Shown: positions 26,332-35,736 of the stretch, piece by piece
How positions within the stretch are numbered: position 1 is the stretch's first letter
Layout: every line of letters begins with the position of its first letter
DNA from: a candidate division TA06 bacterium SM23_40
GTDB lineage: Bacteria; LJUI01; SM1-40
DNA: 64,000 nucleotides
NCBI GenBank assembly: GCA_001303705.1
Contig: LJUI01000001.1
Coordinates: 11,320-75,319, forward strand
Direction: 5' to 3'
Made by a program: the position numbers and the translations under genes
Notes under the pieces: generated by a model
Told to the model about the DNA's origin: nothing
What the model saw: the letters and a program-made list of their open reading frames with translations, nothing else
The model's database searches: none

Positions 26332-27538
26332 CGTCCAGCAAACTCAAGTAGCGCCCGGCCACAATCTGGCGTGAGCAGTTGACAAGAGCAAAGCGCCGTC
26401 CGTTCCTCCCGAGACACTCCCTCTGTGCCTGGTTCCCTGTTAACGCAAGCACAGCACGGCAAAGCGATTCAGGATCGTCCGGCTCGGCTGCCGTACCAGC
26501 ACCAGCCTTCTCCACCAGCATGCGGGCCTGGCCCTTTCCAGCGATCACGATCGGACGCCCGCATGCCATGTAGTCGAACAGCTTGGCTGGCAGATTTCCC
26601 AGATTGAGTTCGCACCGCCCCGTCTGGACAAGACATATATCAGCCGAAGAGATGAGCGATGCCACCCTTCGCCTGGACTGCAGTGGGAGAATGACAACAT
26701 TCCTGAGCCGCCATTCCGCCCTGGCGCGCTCCAACTTGCCTCGATCGCATCCATCGCCGACAAGAACGAACCCGATGTCGGGAGTCCCCTTCAGAAGAGC
26801 GGCTGCCTTTAGCACCGTAATCAGGTTCTGCTGGAGGCCGAAGGTCCCGGCGTACAGCACGATATGCTTCCCATTCCGGAATAGCTCCTTGAGCAGAGGA
26901 TCACGCTCGCGGCGCGGTCGAAATAGGAAGGTATCAGTCCCATTGATGATGATTTTGACGTTTCCCCTCGACACGCCGTGATTGAGGACGTGGTCCACGA
27001 AACCCGGTGAGACGACAACTACGCGCGAAGCATGCCGGTAGCAGATACGCTCTGCTAACCGTGCCAGCTTAATGATGCTACGGTTGCGGATGATGCCAAA
27101 CGAAATGGCCGCGTCGGGCCAAAGATCACGCACCTCGAAGACAAATGGCCTTCTCCTCGACCGCGCCACCGCAAGTCCAACAAGCCCTACCTCAAGCGGC
27201 GGCGAGCTCGCAACCACTACGTCGCACTCACCAGCGAAGAGGCTCGCCACACCGGCCGAGACCATGAACGACAGATGACCCAGAACACGACGGACGAACG
27301 AGCCGGCGCTTGCGGGAATCGCAAAGACCCGGATGACCCGCACGCCATCGACTCGCTCGACACGCCACAAGCGATGTCGATAGCCCGGACGGATCACCCC
27401 GCTCGGGTAGTTGGGCATCCCGGTGATCACGGTGACGCTCAGCCCACTGCGCACCCATTCCCGTGACACTTCGTGTATCTTAGTCGCCGAAGGTTCGACT
27501 TCCGGCGGGAAGTACTGGTTGACGATGAGCACGCGCAC
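26252..27538 (-). CDS. GT-B glycosyltransferase (GT4, WbuB-like N-terminus)
   Basis: MRVLIVNQYFPPEVEPSATKIHEVSREWVRSGLSVTVITGMPNYPSG. Confidence 0.85.
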   Translation of the reverse strand: MRVLIVNQYFPPEVEPSATKIHEVSREWVRSGLSVTVITGMPNYPSGVIRPGYRHRLWRVERVDGVRVIRVFAIPASAGSFVRRVLGHLSFMVSAGVASLFAGECDVVVASSPPLEVGLVGLAVARSRRRPFVFEVRDLWPDAAISFGIIRNRSIIKLARLAERICYRHASRVVVVSPGFVDHVLNHGVSRGNVKIIINGTDTFLFRPRRERDPLLKELFRNGKHIVLYAGTFGLQQNLITVLKAAALLKGTPDIGFVLVGDGCDRGKLERARAEWRLRNVVILPLQSRRRVASLISSADICLVQTGRCELNLGNLPAKLFDYMACGRPIVIAGKGQARMLVEKAGAGTAAEPDDPESLCRAVLALTGNQAQRECLGRNGRRFALVNCSRQIVAGRYLSLLDDVVNDREGRSSGRRFSRRRELARLEV

Positions 27539-29453
27539 GAGCTTCCCTCTTCTCTTTCTGGCTCAGGCGGCCCTCCCCGTCCAGATAGAGGCGGTTCCAG
27601 AGCTCCAGGATCAGCAGTGCCCAGACACGTACTCCAGATCCGCGTTTCCCGTCGAGACATTCGAACAGCAGCCGCTCGATTCGATCTCCCCTGAAATATG
27701 GACGGCGAAGTGTGCTGGGATCGAGCAGAACTTCCTGTACATAGACACGCAACTCTCTACGCAACCAGCGCTCAACCGGAAGTACGAACCCCTGCTTGCG
27801 CCTGGACAACGTGTCGCGCGGGAGAAGGTCACGCACCGCCTCCCTCATAAGATACTTCGGTCTCAGATGGCGCATCTTCACCCACGAAGGGATTCCGAGG
27901 GCATATTCGACGAGGCGATGGTCACACAGAGGTACACGCGTTTCGAGAGATACGGCCATACTCATTCGATCGAAGTATGTCAGGAGGTTATCTGTCAGGT
28001 AGGCCCTCACATCGGTATAAGCGAGTTGATTCACCGGGTCGCTCCCATCATCCTGTCTTAGATAGGGATCGAGGACCGATGCGCTGTCCTCACCACCGAG
28101 AGCAGCACAGAGGTCTGGCGAGTACAGCTCTCTTTTCTCGTCCTCGGTGAACAGAGATATCAGGCCGAAGTAGCGCCGCTCTCGACTCATGTCCGCAACC
28201 CGGTCGAATTCGCGAAATCGATATATCAGCCGATTGAAGTGCGGGTCGTGCTCCATCACATCAAGGATTCTGGAAACAGTGTGGCGACGCAGTCGACGGG
28301 GCAACTCGGCATACCACGCAATAAACCTCCATCCGATATATCTCGGATAGCCGCCAAACAACTCGTCCCCTCCGATACCGTTCAATACGACACTGACATA
28401 ACGCTTCGCCATCTCTGAAATAAGGTACGCGGCGATCGCCGTCGGATTGCCGAACGGCTCGTCGAAGAAACGGACCATGCGAGGTAGGTACGACACAATG
28501 TTCGGGCTCACGAGAAGTTCATGATGCTCAGTGCCGTACATACCGGCGATGTGGCGGGCGTATGCCCGTTCGTCACAGTGCTGATCCTCCTCCTCCGCAA
28601 AGCCCACCGTGAACGTCCTGAGCCGTTCGGCTGAGTAGGTGGCCGCCAAGGCGGTAACGGTACTCGAGTCGGCCCCACCGCTGAGAAGAACACCCACAGG
28701 TGAATCGCTCCGCAGCTCCCGCCGCACCGCATCTTCCATGAGGTGCCGGATCGCCTCGCGATGCTGTGTGGGCGTCCTGCCGTCGGGATTGTGGGGTTGC
28801 ACCTCCCAGTAGCATCGCGTCGCCACCACCCCCCCACGATAGGTGAGGAGGTGCCCGGGACGGAGCTTGCGAATGTTCTTCATCATAGTGCGGGGCGCAG
28901 GAACGCAGAGATAGCTCAGGTAGTCATGGAGGGCTCGTGGATCGACCTCAACTCCAAGCGATTCGTATTCGAGCAGCGCCTTGATCTCAGAACCGAACAG
29001 CAACCTATTGCCGAGAATCGCGTAGTGGAGCGGCTTGATACCGATCCTGTCTCTGGCAAGCATGAGGACACGTTGCCGCCCGTCCCAGAGAGCAAAGGCA
29101 AACATCCCCTCGATCCACTGGAGGCAACCTTCTCCCTTTTCCTCATACAGATGGAGAATTGTCTCTGTATCGCTCGCCGTGCGGAAGGTGTGTCCCTTGG
29201 ATAGCAGCTGCCGTCTCAGCTCGGGCGAGTTGTAGATCTCTCCGTCGAAAACGATCCAGATCGTCCTCTCCTCGTTGTGCATTGGCTGACGCCCGGTCAC
29301 CGAATCGATGACGGCCAGTCGGGTCGAACCCAGGCCAACCCCTTCATCGCAGAACATGCCCCACCCGTCTGGACCGCGGTGTCTCAGTGTCGCGCACATA
29401 CGCACTAGTAGATCGCGTTCACTGAACCCCGCCATACCGCAGATGCCGCACAT
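27480..29453 (-). CDS. asnB: asparagine synthase (glutamine-hydrolysing) family amidotransferase
   Basis: N-terminal nucleophile MCGICG. GATase-2 then synthetase domain with VGVLLSGGADSSTV. Confidence 0.9.
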   Translation of the reverse strand: MCGICGMAGFSERDLLVRMCATLRHRGPDGWGMFCDEGVGLGSTRLAVIDSVTGRQPMHNEERTIWIVFDGEIYNSPELRRQLLSKGHTFRTASDTETILHLYEEKGEGCLQWIEGMFAFALWDGRQRVLMLARDRIGIKPLHYAILGNRLLFGSEIKALLEYESLGVEVDPRALHDYLSYLCVPAPRTMMKNIRKLRPGHLLTYRGGVVATRCYWEVQPHNPDGRTPTQHREAIRHLMEDAVRRELRSDSPVGVLLSGGADSSTVTALAATYSAERLRTFTVGFAEEEDQHCDERAYARHIAGMYGTEHHELLVSPNIVSYLPRMVRFFDEPFGNPTAIAAYLISEMAKRYVSVVLNGIGGDELFGGYPRYIGWRFIAWYAELPRRLRRHTVSRILDVMEHDPHFNRLIYRFREFDRVADMSRERRYFGLISLFTEDEKRELYSPDLCAALGGEDSASVLDPYLRQDDGSDPVNQLAYTDVRAYLTDNLLTYFDRMSMAVSLETRVPLCDHRLVEYALGIPSWVKMRHLRPKYLMREAVRDLLPRDTLSRRKQGFVLPVERWLRRELRVYVQEVLLDPSTLRRPYFRGDRIERLLFECLDGKRGSGVRVWALLILELWNRLYLDGEGRLSQKEKREARARAHRQPVLPAGSRTFGD

Positions 29454-30630
29454 TTGGGTCTCCCAGTCTCTCTTCCACGTCGGTGCAATCGCTCAGCACC
29501 GACCACAATTTCGTTGTAGTTGATGCCCAGTTGAAATCGTGCTCGACTCTGCGCCTGCCTGAAGAGCCGAGCCTCTGCGCCAGGGCCCCATCTCGCAAGA
29601 TAGTGACCAGCGCTCTCGCGATGCCATCGACATCGCCTGGCTCGACCAATAGACCAGTGACACCTGCGACTATTGCCTCGCCCACGCCCCCCGAGTCTCC
29701 TCCCACTACTGGCTTGCCGCAGGCATTCGCTTCGAGAAAGACGAGTCCAAACCCTTCAACGTCCTTTTCCGTCTCATGTGGAATCATGACCAAGACATCG
29801 GCCAGATTGTACATCTGTACAAGTCGACCCTCATCCACGGAACCAGCAAACCTGATCCATCCATCCACCCCCAGGCCGCGCGCAAGCTCCTCCAACTCAC
29901 GCTTACGCGGCCCTTCGCCAACGACAAGATAGACGGCCTCCCGCACCTGCCTGATGACCTCTGGCAGCGCCTGAATGACGTCCGCATGTCCTTTGTGATA
30001 GTCAAGCCTCGCCACCGTGAGGATCACGCGTTTCCCCTCCAGACCGTACGCCGCAACCAGATCCGCCGACGGCGGCTGCATGCAGAATCTCTTCTCGTCA
30101 ACGCCATTCGGGACGGCTGTAGCCCTGGTAGGATCCGCTCCCGCCAGCACCGCCAGAGCGCGCGTGTAGTCACTGACGGCCACGACAGCTTCCGCACTCT
30201 TCAGCACCCTTCGCCGGAGCCAACCGAGTCGCCTCCTCACCGCATCCTTCAGCCTCTCCCCCGCATTCTGCCGATCGAGCAGTTCCGACCCGTGAGCGGC
30301 AACAACATATGGCACGGAGACAAGCCGTGAGACGAGCATGGCAATGGCACCACATGGCAACCAGACAGCGTTGAAAATGACGTCTGCGCGCCCCCTCAGT
30401 GCGAACCAGAGTGTAACCAAGAACATCGCGGCTTCCCTGACCAGGCCGATCCTCGGCACATACACCAATCGAAATGCAGGGTCTCTCCCCATACGGCCGC
30501 CGCCGCATTTCGGGACGACGACGATTAGATCCTCGGCCCGCGCCGCGAGTTGTCGAGCAACCTCGTACGTGTAGACCTGGACGCCGCCTCGCGACGGCGG
30601 ATACCCTGAACTGAGGAAGAGGACTCTCAC
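29419..30630 (-). CDS. GT4 glycosyltransferase
   Basis: MRVLFLSSGYPPSRGGVQVYTYEVARQL; EGFGLVFLEANACGKPVVGGDSGGVGEAIV. Confidence 0.85.
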   Translation of the reverse strand: MRVLFLSSGYPPSRGGVQVYTYEVARQLAARAEDLIVVVPKCGGGRMGRDPAFRLVYVPRIGLVREAAMFLVTLWFALRGRADVIFNAVWLPCGAIAMLVSRLVSVPYVVAAHGSELLDRQNAGERLKDAVRRRLGWLRRRVLKSAEAVVAVSDYTRALAVLAGADPTRATAVPNGVDEKRFCMQPPSADLVAAYGLEGKRVILTVARLDYHKGHADVIQALPEVIRQVREAVYLVVGEGPRKRELEELARGLGVDGWIRFAGSVDEGRLVQMYNLADVLVMIPHETEKDVEGFGLVFLEANACGKPVVGGDSGGVGEAIVAGVTGLLVEPGDVDGIARALVTILRDGALAQRLGSSGRRRVEHDFNWASTTTKLWSVLSDCTDVEERLGDPNVRHLRYGGVQ

Positions 30631-30647
30631 TATGACTCTCCGTTACG

Positions 30648-32264
30648 CTACTCGATGTAACCCAAGCCCCGGAGTCTCTCGCCCACAATACTCTCCGCGA
30701 CCAGTCTCTCCTCGATCTCAGCCGGCTCGGGTCCCGGGTGCGCACTCTCTTCATATGAGTCGACGTAGCGGATCGGGTGGCGACGTAGAAACTCAGGCTC
30801 GATGGTCTCTGACAACACTCTCCCATCCATGTCCCTCCCCACCGCCAGGTTCATCAGGACGAGCATCGTCGGAGTCAGGTCGAGGACGCTCACCACTCCA
30901 ATGTCAGCTCCCCTGTTCACTGCAGGCCCCCGCATGATCAGAATCCCCGTCGGATCATGAGTGCCGGAGATCTCCGCCTTCTCTATCAATAGCTCCTGAA
31001 GCCGGACCTCTCCGCCCAGCATGCGTATCGACGGGTTGTCGCCCTGGTCGACGATCTGTCTCGGCCGAATGCCTATCGACGCATCATCTGATCCCAGATC
31101 GACCTCGAGGAATGACTCCCTGCTGTCCCTGTATTCGATGCCACGCAACATCTCGACGAGTTCACTCCGCTCAGCTCGGCTCCCGGCCCTCAACCTCAAA
31201 TGGACCTTGTCGAGGATGATGCTGACATAGACCCTGTCGTCGATACCGAGCCGTTGCAGTAAGAGGCCAACGTTGAGCTGACGCTTCATCCAGCAGTCTT
31301 TGCTGGCTCGAAATCCATGATCCGAGGCAACTATGACATTAGTCTCCCTTCCGACGCTTTGCATCAGACGCCCGACCATCCGGTCCGCAGCTCGGTAGCA
31401 TCGCGCCACGACATCTCCGTACCGTCGCTTCTCCCGAGGCGAGACATCTCTAAAGAGATGGGGCTCGTAGTACTTCCAGTAGTGGTGCGAAATCCCATCC
31501 AGGCCCGCGTAGATGCTGGCTGAGAAGTCCAATCTCTGTTTTCTCATCAGCCGCGAGTAGATATCCCCGGCGATCAACGCCTCCAGAAGTTGCTTCCGGT
31601 AGTGCAGTTCGACATTGCTCGGCTTGAGCAGCCGTTGGTAGAGCGCGACGAGCGCACATCGTGTGAGCGTGGAGACCCTCATCCCATGAATGAGCCCACG
31701 CAAGCCGACGTCCAGATAGTGCATCAACGCCGTGTTCGTGCTCGGGAGACCCGCCATCTCGATCTCTTTGATGAACCGCAGATGTGCTGGAACAGTCTCC
31801 GGAGATCGCGCGGTCCAACCCGGCACGACAAATGCGAGGCCCCGCTCGGGCGGCCAGGTGAAGAGATACTTGTACAGTCCGATCTTCGCCTCTGGTCTCT
31901 GTTGACGAACGATGTCCCATATCCGCTTTGCCTTGATGGCTGATTGTGTTGCGAAGAAGTCCTTGATTCCGTGCTTCTCAGGAACCTTACCGGTGGCAAT
32001 GCTTGTCCAGACGAGTGGAGAAGCCAGAGGCTCGAATGAGAGCAGATCTCCACGGACCCCTTCCGCTGCCAGGCGAGCAAGCGTGGGCAGCTGTCCTTTC
32101 TCCATCAGCGGCTTCATCACACGCCAGTCGGCGCCGTCAAGCCCAATGAGAAGCATCCTCGGGACTTTGCTCCCCGGAGCTGTCATCCTCCTCCTCATTT
32201 TCGAAGCTGAACAACAGGCTGATGCTGCCGGAGGGGCAGCGGGCTTTGCAGGCACCGCAGCCAA
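30648..32264 (-). CDS. alkaline-phosphatase superfamily protein (type I phosphodiesterase/nucleotide pyrophosphatase-like)
   Basis: MLLIGLDGADWRVMKPLMEKGQLPTLARLAAEGVRGDLLSFEPLASPLVWTSIATGKVPEKHGI; later VIVASDHGF. The true start is probably one of the internal Met codons (32198, 32186 or 32156). No TM segment. Confidence 0.7.
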   Translation of the reverse strand: MAAVPAKPAAPPAASACCSASKMRRRMTAPGSKVPRMLLIGLDGADWRVMKPLMEKGQLPTLARLAAEGVRGDLLSFEPLASPLVWTSIATGKVPEKHGIKDFFATQSAIKAKRIWDIVRQQRPEAKIGLYKYLFTWPPERGLAFVVPGWTARSPETVPAHLRFIKEIEMAGLPSTNTALMHYLDVGLRGLIHGMRVSTLTRCALVALYQRLLKPSNVELHYRKQLLEALIAGDIYSRLMRKQRLDFSASIYAGLDGISHHYWKYYEPHLFRDVSPREKRRYGDVVARCYRAADRMVGRLMQSVGRETNVIVASDHGFRASKDCWMKRQLNVGLLLQRLGIDDRVYVSIILDKVHLRLRAGSRAERSELVEMLRGIEYRDSRESFLEVDLGSDDASIGIRPRQIVDQGDNPSIRMLGGEVRLQELLIEKAEISGTHDPTGILIMRGPAVNRGADIGVVSVLDLTPTMLVLMNLAVGRDMDGRVLSETIEPEFLRRHPIRYVDSYEESAHPGPEPAEIEERLVAESIVGERLRGLGYIE

Positions 32265-32469
32265 TGCATGCCTCCGTATCGAAGACGTCAGGATGGGAGA
32301 AGACTCCCTCGACGTCCAGAACCATCACGAGCGCACCCTCGGGGCACCCTTCGGCGCAGCAACCGCATCCCTGGCATGTCGTCAGATCGACGTTGATCTG
32401 CCCGACCAGAACATCAATTCGCAGGACGCTGTCGCTCTCGGTGGCTCCGACCTCAGCTGGCAATTTCAT
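32137..32469 (-). CDS. 2x[4Fe-4S] ferredoxin-domain protein
   Basis: CQGCGCCAEGCP and CIGCGACKARCP motifs. Start set at MKLPAEV. The upstream 39 codons of the track ORF are Arg-rich and overlap the preceding gene. GGAGG abuts the ATG, so the start is uncertain. Confidence 0.7.
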   Translation of the reverse strand: MKLPAEVGATESDSVLRIDVLVGQINVDLTTCQGCGCCAEGCPEGALVMVLDVEGVFSHPDVFDTEACIGCGACKARCPSGSISLLFSFENEEEDDSSGEQSPEDASHWA

Positions 32470-33418
32470 ACCTCCGGTCAAAGTCGTCCCCCAGTATCGA
32501 TCGTGCGGCACCGAATGTCTTCTCTGCCTCCTCGATAGTGGCCACGCCGATCGCCGCCGACTCGACGCCCACCTCCTCGAACACATATCTCAGCGCCCCT
32601 TCTGGCTCGATGACGCCTCCGGCCAGGACCTTCTTGGCTATGATTAGCGTGGATCCACGATCGCCCGCCACGTCAAGACATGCGTCCACCGAAGGATTCA
32701 TCATGAACCCAAGCGGGTTGAATGGTGCCATTATCACGGGAACGCTGAGCTCCATTGCCGTCAGGTTCCGCCACATCACTCCCAGGTTGTGAGTGGCAAG
32801 CCCAGCGACGGCGCCGGTGGCCCTCACCTTCTTGATGAACGTCTCCACCACAGAGCGATGTCTGATCGCGCATGCCATGTCAGCGAGCATTCCGTGTAAG
32901 AGAATGATCCTGGGATGGACCTGGGAGACAAGACCTATCTCGGTCTCGAGCACCTCTTCGACGAGCGGCAGGACGTTCCCGCTCACGCCGGCCGAGACGA
33001 GACGCGGCATCGATCGGACGATGAACTTGATCTTCTCCCGAGTCGCCGTCCCTGCCATCTCCCCTGTCTGCCTCGCCATCGCCTCGTACACATCGGGCAG
33101 AACGGCCACCGTGTCAGGAAGGCCGCCGTATCGAGCCTGGGCCATCTTCAGTGCCTCCACCTGAGCCTGGCGCGCATAGCAGTGTGCCGTCGTGACGCCC
33201 AGCTCGAGGCAGTGCCCGATCACCTCGAGAATTGCTTCAGGGCGGGAAAAGCGACTCCGATATTCCCTCCTCAGTGCTTCGCTCTTGTACGAGACCCCCT
33301 GGAAGGGATTGGACCCGACCATCAGCCGCGGAAGAAGAAGTCTCTCGCTATCCGCCGCGAGCGTAGCACTCACTTCTTGGCCAGATGTCATCGTTCTTTC
33401 CCCATTCCCGTTCGTCAC
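32453..33418 (-). CDS. hypothetical protein (no family recognised by eye)
   Basis: 321-aa ORF in the operon frame with protein-like composition (LMVGSNPFQGVSYKSEALRREY..., IILLHGMLADMA, VIMAPFNPLGFMMNP). 17-nt overlap with the ferredoxin gene. Start could be 33391 or 33322. Confidence 0.5.
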   Translation of the reverse strand: MTNGNGERTMTSGQEVSATLAADSERLLLPRLMVGSNPFQGVSYKSEALRREYRSRFSRPEAILEVIGHCLELGVTTAHCYARQAQVEALKMAQARYGGLPDTVAVLPDVYEAMARQTGEMAGTATREKIKFIVRSMPRLVSAGVSGNVLPLVEEVLETEIGLVSQVHPRIILLHGMLADMACAIRHRSVVETFIKKVRATGAVAGLATHNLGVMWRNLTAMELSVPVIMAPFNPLGFMMNPSVDACLDVAGDRGSTLIIAKKVLAGGVIEPEGALRYVFEEVGVESAAIGVATIEEAEKTFGAARSILGDDFDRRYEIAS

Positions 33419-34454
33419 GATCCAAAGGAAACGAGACGATGGCAGGTTGAGAAGCGGTAGCCTTTAGAGCAGCAACAAATTCATCTACGCGATATCCGTC
33501 CTCCCAGCTGGGCGAACCAGATCTCCCTGATGTGATCGCCCCGGCAAATGCCTCCATCTCCCGGGAAAGCGGCTTTCCTGTGAAATCGAAGCCTGTCCGG
33601 CCCCAGATCTCTGGACCGTAGAGCACAGACTCCCCTCGCCCGAAATCATCGGTCGGTTCTTGGAGGCGCAGGCACAACTGATCGGTTTCGACCAACATCG
33701 AGCCTTTAGTCCCAGTCATAGTGAAATTGAAGTGCGGCTTATCGATCCCGTGGTGACTCCACCCGAGATCCACAATCCCGTGGGCCCCGCCGCGAAATCG
33801 ACAGACTGCGGACGCGAAGTCGACTAACCCCTCCGCGTTCCCTGCTGTCCCCAGAGCAGCAAGCTCTTCGATCTCTCCTCCGTACCACAACACTATGTCG
33901 ATGACGTGGGGCGCGAACACCCCGAAGAGCCCTCCGCGATCGATCAGATCCTTGCGCTTCGAGATGTCGACTCGCTCCGCCACCTCTCCGTCATGGGCGA
34001 CTGCCATGAGGTAGCGCACGTCCCCGATCACTCCACTGTCGAGCAACTGCTTCGCCTTGGCATAGACAGGATGAAATCTCATGTCGTAGCCCACCTGATG
34101 AACTGCGCCGGTGTGCCGCGCTGCTTCGAGCATTCGCTTCGATTCGGGCAGGGTGGTACCGAGCGGCTTCTCACACAACACGTGCTTTCCCGCACGTACG
34201 GCCTCGATAGCGACCTCGCAGTGGGCATGTGGCGGCGTACAGACCATCACTGCGTCAACGTCTTCCTGCCTCATTGCCCTGGTCAGCGAGCGATAGCAGG
34301 GGACTCCGAACTGCCGGGCAGCAATCCTCCCAACCATTCTGCTCTGTTCCACGAGGCAGACGAGCTCGTAACAGGGAAGCGCATTGGCCACCACAGCTCG
34401 TGAGACGCCCATCTCACCAACTCCGACGATCGCCAGTCGTATGGCCCTACTCAC
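33348..34454 (-). CDS. Gfo/Idh/MocA-family NAD(P)-dependent oxidoreductase
   Basis: IRLAIVGVGEMG...DAVMVCTPPHAHCEVAIEAVRAGKHVLCEKPL. Confidence 0.85.
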   Translation of the reverse strand: MSRAIRLAIVGVGEMGVSRAVVANALPCYELVCLVEQSRMVGRIAARQFGVPCYRSLTRAMRQEDVDAVMVCTPPHAHCEVAIEAVRAGKHVLCEKPLGTTLPESKRMLEAARHTGAVHQVGYDMRFHPVYAKAKQLLDSGVIGDVRYLMAVAHDGEVAERVDISKRKDLIDRGGLFGVFAPHVIDIVLWYGGEIEELAALGTAGNAEGLVDFASAVCRFRGGAHGIVDLGWSHHGIDKPHFNFTMTGTKGSMLVETDQLCLRLQEPTDDFGRGESVLYGPEIWGRTGFDFTGKPLSREMEAFAGAITSGRSGSPSWEDGYRVDEFVAALKATASQPAIVSFPLDRDEREWGKNDDIWPRSECYARGG

Positions 34455-34515
34455 CGACGTCTCCTTTCATCACCGGCTGAAGCGTCCTCCGGCTCTCATG
34501 CCGCTACCTCTTTAT

Positions 34516-35736
34516 CTATCGGCAGAGGCACGCCTCCTCCAGAATCCCCCATACTTCTTCTCCCACTTTCGTCCATTCTCGTGCGGGACTGACAGTCTCG
34601 AGTGCGCCATCGGACAGTGTTCGGGCGTATTCAGGATGTTCGATCAGATACCTCATGGCGCGGGCAAGATCTGGTACATTGCCGGCCTCCACCAGCAGTC
34701 CATTCCTCCCGTCGGAGACTATCTCGGGAATACCTCCTACGCGTGTGGCGATGACAGGGAGGCCAAAAGACATCGCCTCCAGCAGGACGATTCCGTAGCC
34801 CTCCCACAGGGACGGCAGCACGAGGATGTCAGATCGTGCATACCACTCCGCAAGCACCGCCTCCTCGTCAATCCTCCCAACGAAGTGGACCCTCGTCCTG
34901 AGCCCGAGCCGGCCGACCAACTGCCGGAGGCTCTCGAAGTATTCCGGATCCTCATCTGTGTCCCCAACGATTCCCAATCTAACGTCGTGATCGCCCAGCA
35001 GCGCCATCGCTTTGAGGAGATCCTCAAGCCCCTTGATCGGTTCGCATCGACCGACGAACAAGATGTTCGTCCGTCCTCTCGTCACGAGCTGCGGAATCGC
35101 CTGGGTTTGTGCAGAACGCCGGGGGGGGCTCAGTCCCGGGTGGACCACGCGAATCTTGCTGCGGTCGATCCCGAACTGCAGCACACCCTCAGCCGTGCTG
35201 CGGCTGTTCGCGATGATCACATCCACCTGCCGGAAAAAGTGCCTCACTGCGATCTGGTCGAGGACCCTGGCCAGACTAGACCGGAGAATCGAGTGATAGA
35301 AGAGATGACTCTGGACGATTCCCACGATGCGCACGGGGCGAAGTAGCTTCAGCACCCAATTGGCGATAACCACCCTCGGGTGATGATGGAAATCCTCCAG
35401 CAACACGATCGGCCGTCCCTGGATACGCAGCAGTCTCCTCAGCAGCCACAGGTTCGTGAGGAAACTCGAGAGAACGACGCCACCCCGCCTCACCCAGACA
35501 GGAAGATCGGAAAGTACTATCAGTCGTACGTCGCCCCACCCTCGTCCCGCGACGTACCGGTACACCTCGCTCAGGTATCGCTCGCCTCCTGTCCTCAAGG
35601 TCGGCCGGGAGGCGATAGCCACAAAGATGGTCTCACTCACCATCCCCGGGACCATCAGCCCTTTCCTACCCTGATCTATCCTCCGAGAGGTATCTCCCCC
35701 GATGCCTTCAGATAGATAATCTCCCACCGAATTCAC
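34516..35736 (-). CDS. GT4 glycosyltransferase
   Basis: EGYGIVLLEAMSFGLPVIATRVGGIPEIVSDGRNGLLV. 4-nt overlap with the upstream stop. Confidence 0.85.
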   Translation of the reverse strand: MNSVGDYLSEGIGGDTSRRIDQGRKGLMVPGMVSETIFVAIASRPTLRTGGERYLSEVYRYVAGRGWGDVRLIVLSDLPVWVRRGGVVLSSFLTNLWLLRRLLRIQGRPIVLLEDFHHHPRVVIANWVLKLLRPVRIVGIVQSHLFYHSILRSSLARVLDQIAVRHFFRQVDVIIANSRSTAEGVLQFGIDRSKIRVVHPGLSPPRRSAQTQAIPQLVTRGRTNILFVGRCEPIKGLEDLLKAMALLGDHDVRLGIVGDTDEDPEYFESLRQLVGRLGLRTRVHFVGRIDEEAVLAEWYARSDILVLPSLWEGYGIVLLEAMSFGLPVIATRVGGIPEIVSDGRNGLLVEAGNVPDLARAMRYLIEHPEYARTLSDGALETVSPAREWTKVGEEVWGILEEACLCR

